Assembly: GCA_051439505.1 (NCBI GenBank)
Contig: JBFRWI010000100.1
Span: 69,424 to 133,423 of the forward strand
DNA from: Hormoscilla sp.
GTDB taxonomy: Bacteria; Cyanobacteriota; Cyanobacteriia; Cyanobacteriales; Desertifilaceae
Direction of reading: 5' to 3'
Length of the DNA: 64,000 nucleotides
Shown here: piece by piece, positions 60,601 to 64,000 of the stretch
How positions within the stretch are numbered: the first letter of the stretch is position 1
Layout: each line of letters begins with the position of its first letter
The notes under the pieces: generated by a model
The model's input: the letters and a program-made list of their open reading frames with translations, nothing else
Told to the model about the DNA's origin: nothing
The model's database searches: none
Program-made: the position numbers and the translations under genes

Positions 60601-63514
60601 ACCACCACCTATCCCGACTGCCAATGGGACCCGCGCGATCGCATCTGAACCCGTTTCCCTTCCCACAGGCTCCGAATCTACCTCACTGGAACGCATCATC
60701 GAGCAGCAACTGAGCTTGATGGCGAAGCAATTAGAGGCCATGCAGGGAAAATCAGATGCTACGACCATCCCGGCTGTCACTCTTGCTCCCAACCAAAAGC
60801 AGAACAATAGGGTTGAGAAAACAAACAAAGCAACGTCAGGCTCGTTCTCGTTTTCTGGTGGTGGTGGAAAAGGCAAAGGAAAACCACCGACGGCAACACA
60901 GCAGGCTTTTATCGATAACCTAGTGCAAGCATACTGCGATCGCACCCAGGGGTCTAAGGAGATAGCAGCGACCTACCGGAATTGCTTCGCCGATCGCCGA
61001 TCGCTGATCCGAGGTCTGCGTCCCGAACTGAAAGAACTGTTCTATCCCATTGCTGCCGAGAAAGCGAAAGGCTCCCGTATCTGGGATATTGACGGTAATG
61101 AATACATCGATATCACCATGGGATTTGGCGTTCACCTATTCGGCCACAATCGAGATTTCATTATGGATCCGATTCGCGATCGAGTGGCAACTGGAGTGCA
61201 AGTCGGCCCTCAAATGCCCCTGGCCGGAGAGGTGGCCAAATTGTTCGCCGAGGTAACGGGAAAAGAACGGGTTACTTTTTGCAACTCCGGCACGGAAGCG
61301 GTGATGACAGCCCTGCGGATCGCCCGTGCGGCCTCGGGCAAACATAAAATTGTGAAGTTTAAAGGGGCCTATCACGGTCATTTTGATGGAACTCTGGCCA
61401 TTCCCGCTGACGGTGATGAAACATTTGCCAGCCAACCGATGTTTCCAGGTACTTCCCCCAAGATGGTGGAAGACGTCATTGTGCTGGACTACGGGAAGCC
61501 AGAAAGTCTCCATGCGATCGCACAACACAAACATGAATTGGCAGCGGTCCTTGTAGAACCAGTCCAAAGTCGATTGCTGAGCCTGGCCCCCAAAGAATTT
61601 TTGCAGGAACTGCGGGTTCTGACCCATACTGAAGGCATCGCGCTGATCTTCGATGAAGTGATTCTGGGATTGAGAGCTGCTCCGGGCGGCGCACAGGAAT
61701 ACTTCGGCATTGAAGCGGATATCGCGACCTACGGGAAAGCCTTGGGCGGTGGCATGCCCATCGGAGTCATTGCTGGGAAAGCAAAATTCATGGATCGCAT
61801 CGACGGTGGCAGTTGGAAGTTCGGCGATAAATCTTTCCCGGAAACCGAACCCACCTTTTTTGCCGGCACCTTTTGCAAGCACCCCCTAGCCATGACGGCA
61901 GCAAAAGCCGTTCTGCTTCATATCAAGGAGCGAGGTGGAGCACTGCAAGGGCAACTCAACGAGTCTACGGCTCGTTTGGTTGGGGAGTTGAATCGCTATT
62001 TTCAAGCGGAAGAACTCATGCTTCGTGCCGATCGCTTCGCTTCTGTGTTCAGAATTGAATACCAAAGCGCCTTCACCGAGCTGTATCTTCCCATAGAAAT
62101 GGATCTCTTGTTCTACCTGCTCATCCACAAGGGTGTTTATATTTGGGAAGGCCGCGTCTGCTTCCTCTCTACCGCACATACCGATCGGGACATAGACGAC
62201 ATCGTGAGGCTTGTGAAAGAAAGCGTGGAAGAACTGCGTGCGGTTGGTTTTTTTTCGCAGCCCAAAAAGGCACAAAAAAAAAACCATTACTATCCGCTAA
62301 CTGAAGAGCAGCAACGCCTACTCCAGATCGCAGGAGACGAAAAAGGCTCTACCGCCTATAACGAGTCGATCTCTTTTGAGTTACAGGGACATCTCGATCT
62401 CGATCGTTTGCGTTACGCCGTCCAGACAGTAGTCGATCGGCACGATGCCCTGAGAACTTACTTTTCTGCCGATGGCTCGAACCAGATTATCGCTCCTGCG
62501 ATCGACATGGAAGTCCCATTGCGGGATTTTTCTGAAGAGGAGCCAGATGTTGCTCTGAAACAGTGGCTGGTAGCTGAAAGTCAACTCCCTTTCGATCTTT
62601 ATCGAGGGCCCCTCATCCGGGTGGCAGTTGCCAAGCTGGGAATAGAGCGCCATGTATTGAATGTCTGTACTCACCACGGGATCTCCGATGGTTGGTCTCT
62701 AGTTGTCATTTTGGAGGAAATCTGCAAAATCTATTCAGGTTCCGCCGATATCCCACCCATTCAACAATTCGCCGACTACCTCCAATGGTACGATCGCGAA
62801 TCGGTGAGCGATTCTTTTCAGGCTTCGGAAATGTTTTGGAGCGAATATCTCAACAAGGTTTCTCCCATGCACCTACCCTTTGACGGCATGGCCCCCGCAG
62901 GACCAACCTATAAGGGCGCCAGGGTATCGATGAGGGTTGAACCCGAGTTAGTCATCCCACTCAAAGAACGTGGGATGGCATGGAATGCAACCTTGTTCCA
63001 GACGATGTTGGCAGTTTACGCTCGCCAGATGCAAATATTCTGCAAGCAAGACACCGTCACCATGGGAATTTCAGTCAGCGGACGACCTGCTTCTCTGAGC
63101 GAACACTTGGTAGGTTATTGCGCGCACTTCATTCCCCTGTGCCTCGCAGAGGGTGAGAATTTAACCTGGAAAACCCAAGTGCAAAAAACCAAAACCGCAC
63201 TCATTGAGGTATTTAAGCATCAGAACGTGCCCTTGGCTCGGATCTTGAACCAACGGCCTCAATGGCAACGACAAAATCTCGTACAAGTCACATTCAATCT
63301 CGATATCGATATGGCACTTCCCGAACTGACGGGTCTGCAAACTCGGATTATTCCTCAACCCGTTACCTCAGCTCGATATGCGATCGGTCTGAATGTTCTC
63401 CCTGAAGGCGATCGCCTTCATCTCGATCTCGATTACAATGCAGATATTTTCCAAGCAGAAACTATGAAAGGGTTTCTTGCCGACTTCATGGAACTGCTTG
63501 CATCGCTGATTTAG
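57587..63514 (+). CDS. Hybrid PKS/NRPS: KS-AT-ACP-aminotransferase-condensation
   Basis: KS TACSTS/HGTAT/GHL; AT GHSIG and HGFH; ACP LGLDSL; AMT FDEV..TYGKALGGG; C HHGISDG. Confidence 0.92.
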   Translation: MEMNEHNTSSQIAETDIAVIGMSCRFPAAEDPEEFWENLRDGIESVTFFRDEDLLANGVDPELLRHRNYVKANPILKNPLEFDAGFFGIPPLEAEMLDPQQRIFLECAWEALESAGTIPGETDGIVGIFAGAGISSYLHRILPNNGNFFESVANFQMMLGNDKDYLPTRVSYRLNLTGPSVNVQTACSTSLVALHLACQSILNGDCDVALAGGASVFLPQHCGYLFQSGMIFSPDGHCRPFDANAKGTTFGSGVGVVALKLLSQALEEGDPIRAVVKGSAINNDGSLKVGFTAPSVSGQASVIAEAMGMAGVSPESISYLQAHGTATELGDPIEIRALTQAFRTQTDKKGYCAIGSVKSNFGHLISASGVAGAIATILALENQQIPPSLHFESPNPTIDFENSPFFVNTELKNWTTDGGPRIAGVSSFGLGGTNAHAIIAEAPAVGKEIGRSSRPRVLLTLSGESDLAVVELAAKYARFFQKHPQVSLPDAAYTTHVGRKHFPVRAAYSAADVGELIGSLESNSAIALSSNGSAQLAFLFTGQGAQEAGMGKRLYETEPVFEEVLTRCDEAFRSKRGRSLIDIIFAEDGNDSIHATEFAQPGIYAIECAIAALFMSWGIQPSSVAGHSIGEFAAAWTAGVFELEEGLSLVAERGRLMQELPVSGGMVCVFAPREVVEDYLIDGLSIAVENAPDAVVVSGPSAALEAMVQQLQGDNVRCKELQVSHGFHSPLMEPMLAEYERFASQFVFQQPEIPFISNLTGDFLSFDRPLDASYWTEHIRSTVRFREGLNALVSSGVQLFLEIGPKPILCGIGQKQFPALTWIPSLQKGLGNTGDVLDGLGQLYTCGVAIDWNAFHASENRLKIPLPTYAFQRQIYQPEKTMMPITSSQVDGNGQTTARSRRRSRGEAAASPHGEKIERELTETIAKMMRLDGDQIDREASFMALGLDSLTLLNVISSIEKKYGVTLEVYQFFDELTNLQQLTDFLIEEVSQHPLEESVSTAAAAPPPIPTANGTRAIASEPVSLPTGSESTSLERIIEQQLSLMAKQLEAMQGKSDATTIPAVTLAPNQKQNNRVEKTNKATSGSFSFSGGGGKGKGKPPTATQQAFIDNLVQAYCDRTQGSKEIAATYRNCFADRRSLIRGLRPELKELFYPIAAEKAKGSRIWDIDGNEYIDITMGFGVHLFGHNRDFIMDPIRDRVATGVQVGPQMPLAGEVAKLFAEVTGKERVTFCNSGTEAVMTALRIARAASGKHKIVKFKGAYHGHFDGTLAIPADGDETFASQPMFPGTSPKMVEDVIVLDYGKPESLHAIAQHKHELAAVLVEPVQSRLLSLAPKEFLQELRVLTHTEGIALIFDEVILGLRAAPGGAQEYFGIEADIATYGKALGGGMPIGVIAGKAKFMDRIDGGSWKFGDKSFPETEPTFFAGTFCKHPLAMTAAKAVLLHIKERGGALQGQLNESTARLVGELNRYFQAEELMLRADRFASVFRIEYQSAFTELYLPIEMDLLFYLLIHKGVYIWEGRVCFLSTAHTDRDIDDIVRLVKESVEELRAVGFFSQPKKAQKKNHYYPLTEEQQRLLQIAGDEKGSTAYNESISFELQGHLDLDRLRYAVQTVVDRHDALRTYFSADGSNQIIAPAIDMEVPLRDFSEEEPDVALKQWLVAESQLPFDLYRGPLIRVAVAKLGIERHVLNVCTHHGISDGWSLVVILEEICKIYSGSADIPPIQQFADYLQWYDRESVSDSFQASEMFWSEYLNKVSPMHLPFDGMAPAGPTYKGARVSMRVEPELVIPLKERGMAWNATLFQTMLAVYARQMQIFCKQDTVTMGISVSGRPASLSEHLVGYCAHFIPLCLAEGENLTWKTQVQKTKTALIEVFKHQNVPLARILNQRPQWQRQNLVQVTFNLDIDMALPELTGLQTRIIPQPVTSARYAIGLNVLPEGDRLHLDLDYNADIFQAETMKGFLADFMELLASLI
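60277..60323. mobile_element. Second, inverted copy of the HIP1-associated small repeat, in frame in the AT-ACP linker
   Basis: Encodes part of ARSRRRSRGEAAASP. Confidence 0.75.
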
Positions 63515-64000
63515 GGCTAATGCTAGTGCTCTGTCCATGTTAAAATGAGAGATAAATATAGAGTGAAAGTATGGCTCTCATGATTTTACCCAAAATCTGT
63601 TCTCAACTGGACGAGTATCTGCCATATAGAGTTGATAAATATAGCATCAACTCTGTTGATGCTAATCTTTGCTTGATGTCTGCAAAATTATGAAAGTAGC
63701 TCGCTACTTTTATAATTTTGTATTAAGCTGTTGCGCCTCGAAAATGCATATTTTACTATCGGATCAAATCGTGGTAACTCTCGTTAAATAAGCGTTTCCC
63801 AGAGAATAAAAGTTTTCAAAGATGCAAGTTGAATGCATCTCAGATAAGCTGATATACACCAATAAAAAAAATGAGGGCGTTGCACATTTTTGGGATGATA
63901 GCAGCCAATTTTTCAACTTTGCTAATGGCTAATTGCTAATTGAAAAGAGTAAAGCTATCTATTCATGACTATAAATGACGCTCTCAATTAACCATTGACA

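Noticed and set aside
63515..64000. Continuation of the NRPS/PKS cluster
   Set aside because: AT-rich with no ORF of 60 aa or more; genes beyond the window cannot be excluded

Overview
This is chromosomal DNA from a filamentous cyanobacterium (Oscillatoriales-like). The assignment rests on very frequent HIP1 GCGATCGC sites, heptamer tandem repeats, and typical genes (clpP/clpR, GUN4 domain, Uma2, SLH porin, probable cruA). Housekeeping genes (ygfZ-like, cysK, peroxiredoxin, queC/queE, hemW, pgsA, trpD) alternate with five accessory blocks. (1) A cluster of type II antitoxin genes without toxins (2.4-4.0 kb). (2) Three tandem ABC half-transporters. (3) An exported TPR-CHAT (caspase-like) protease next to a TPR lipoprotein and two tiny lipoproteins, which all carry a T-I-[ML]-[LF]-D-D-D motif (30.3-34.8 kb); this is the best candidate for an undescribed system. 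(4) A TIGR03032-like gene plus two tandem RTX-type vanadium-haloperoxidase-family genes, one fused to a GDSL hydrolase. (5) A compact methyltransferase + A(Gly)-MT-T + KS-AT-ACP-aminotransferase-C cluster with no thioesterase. Pseudogene fragments (hypD, a frameshifted formyltransferase, toxin remnants) and many REP/MITE-like repeats suggest genome erosion. I saw no rRNA, tRNA, CRISPR array or intact transposase. All family calls come from recognising motifs by eye; no database searches were run.
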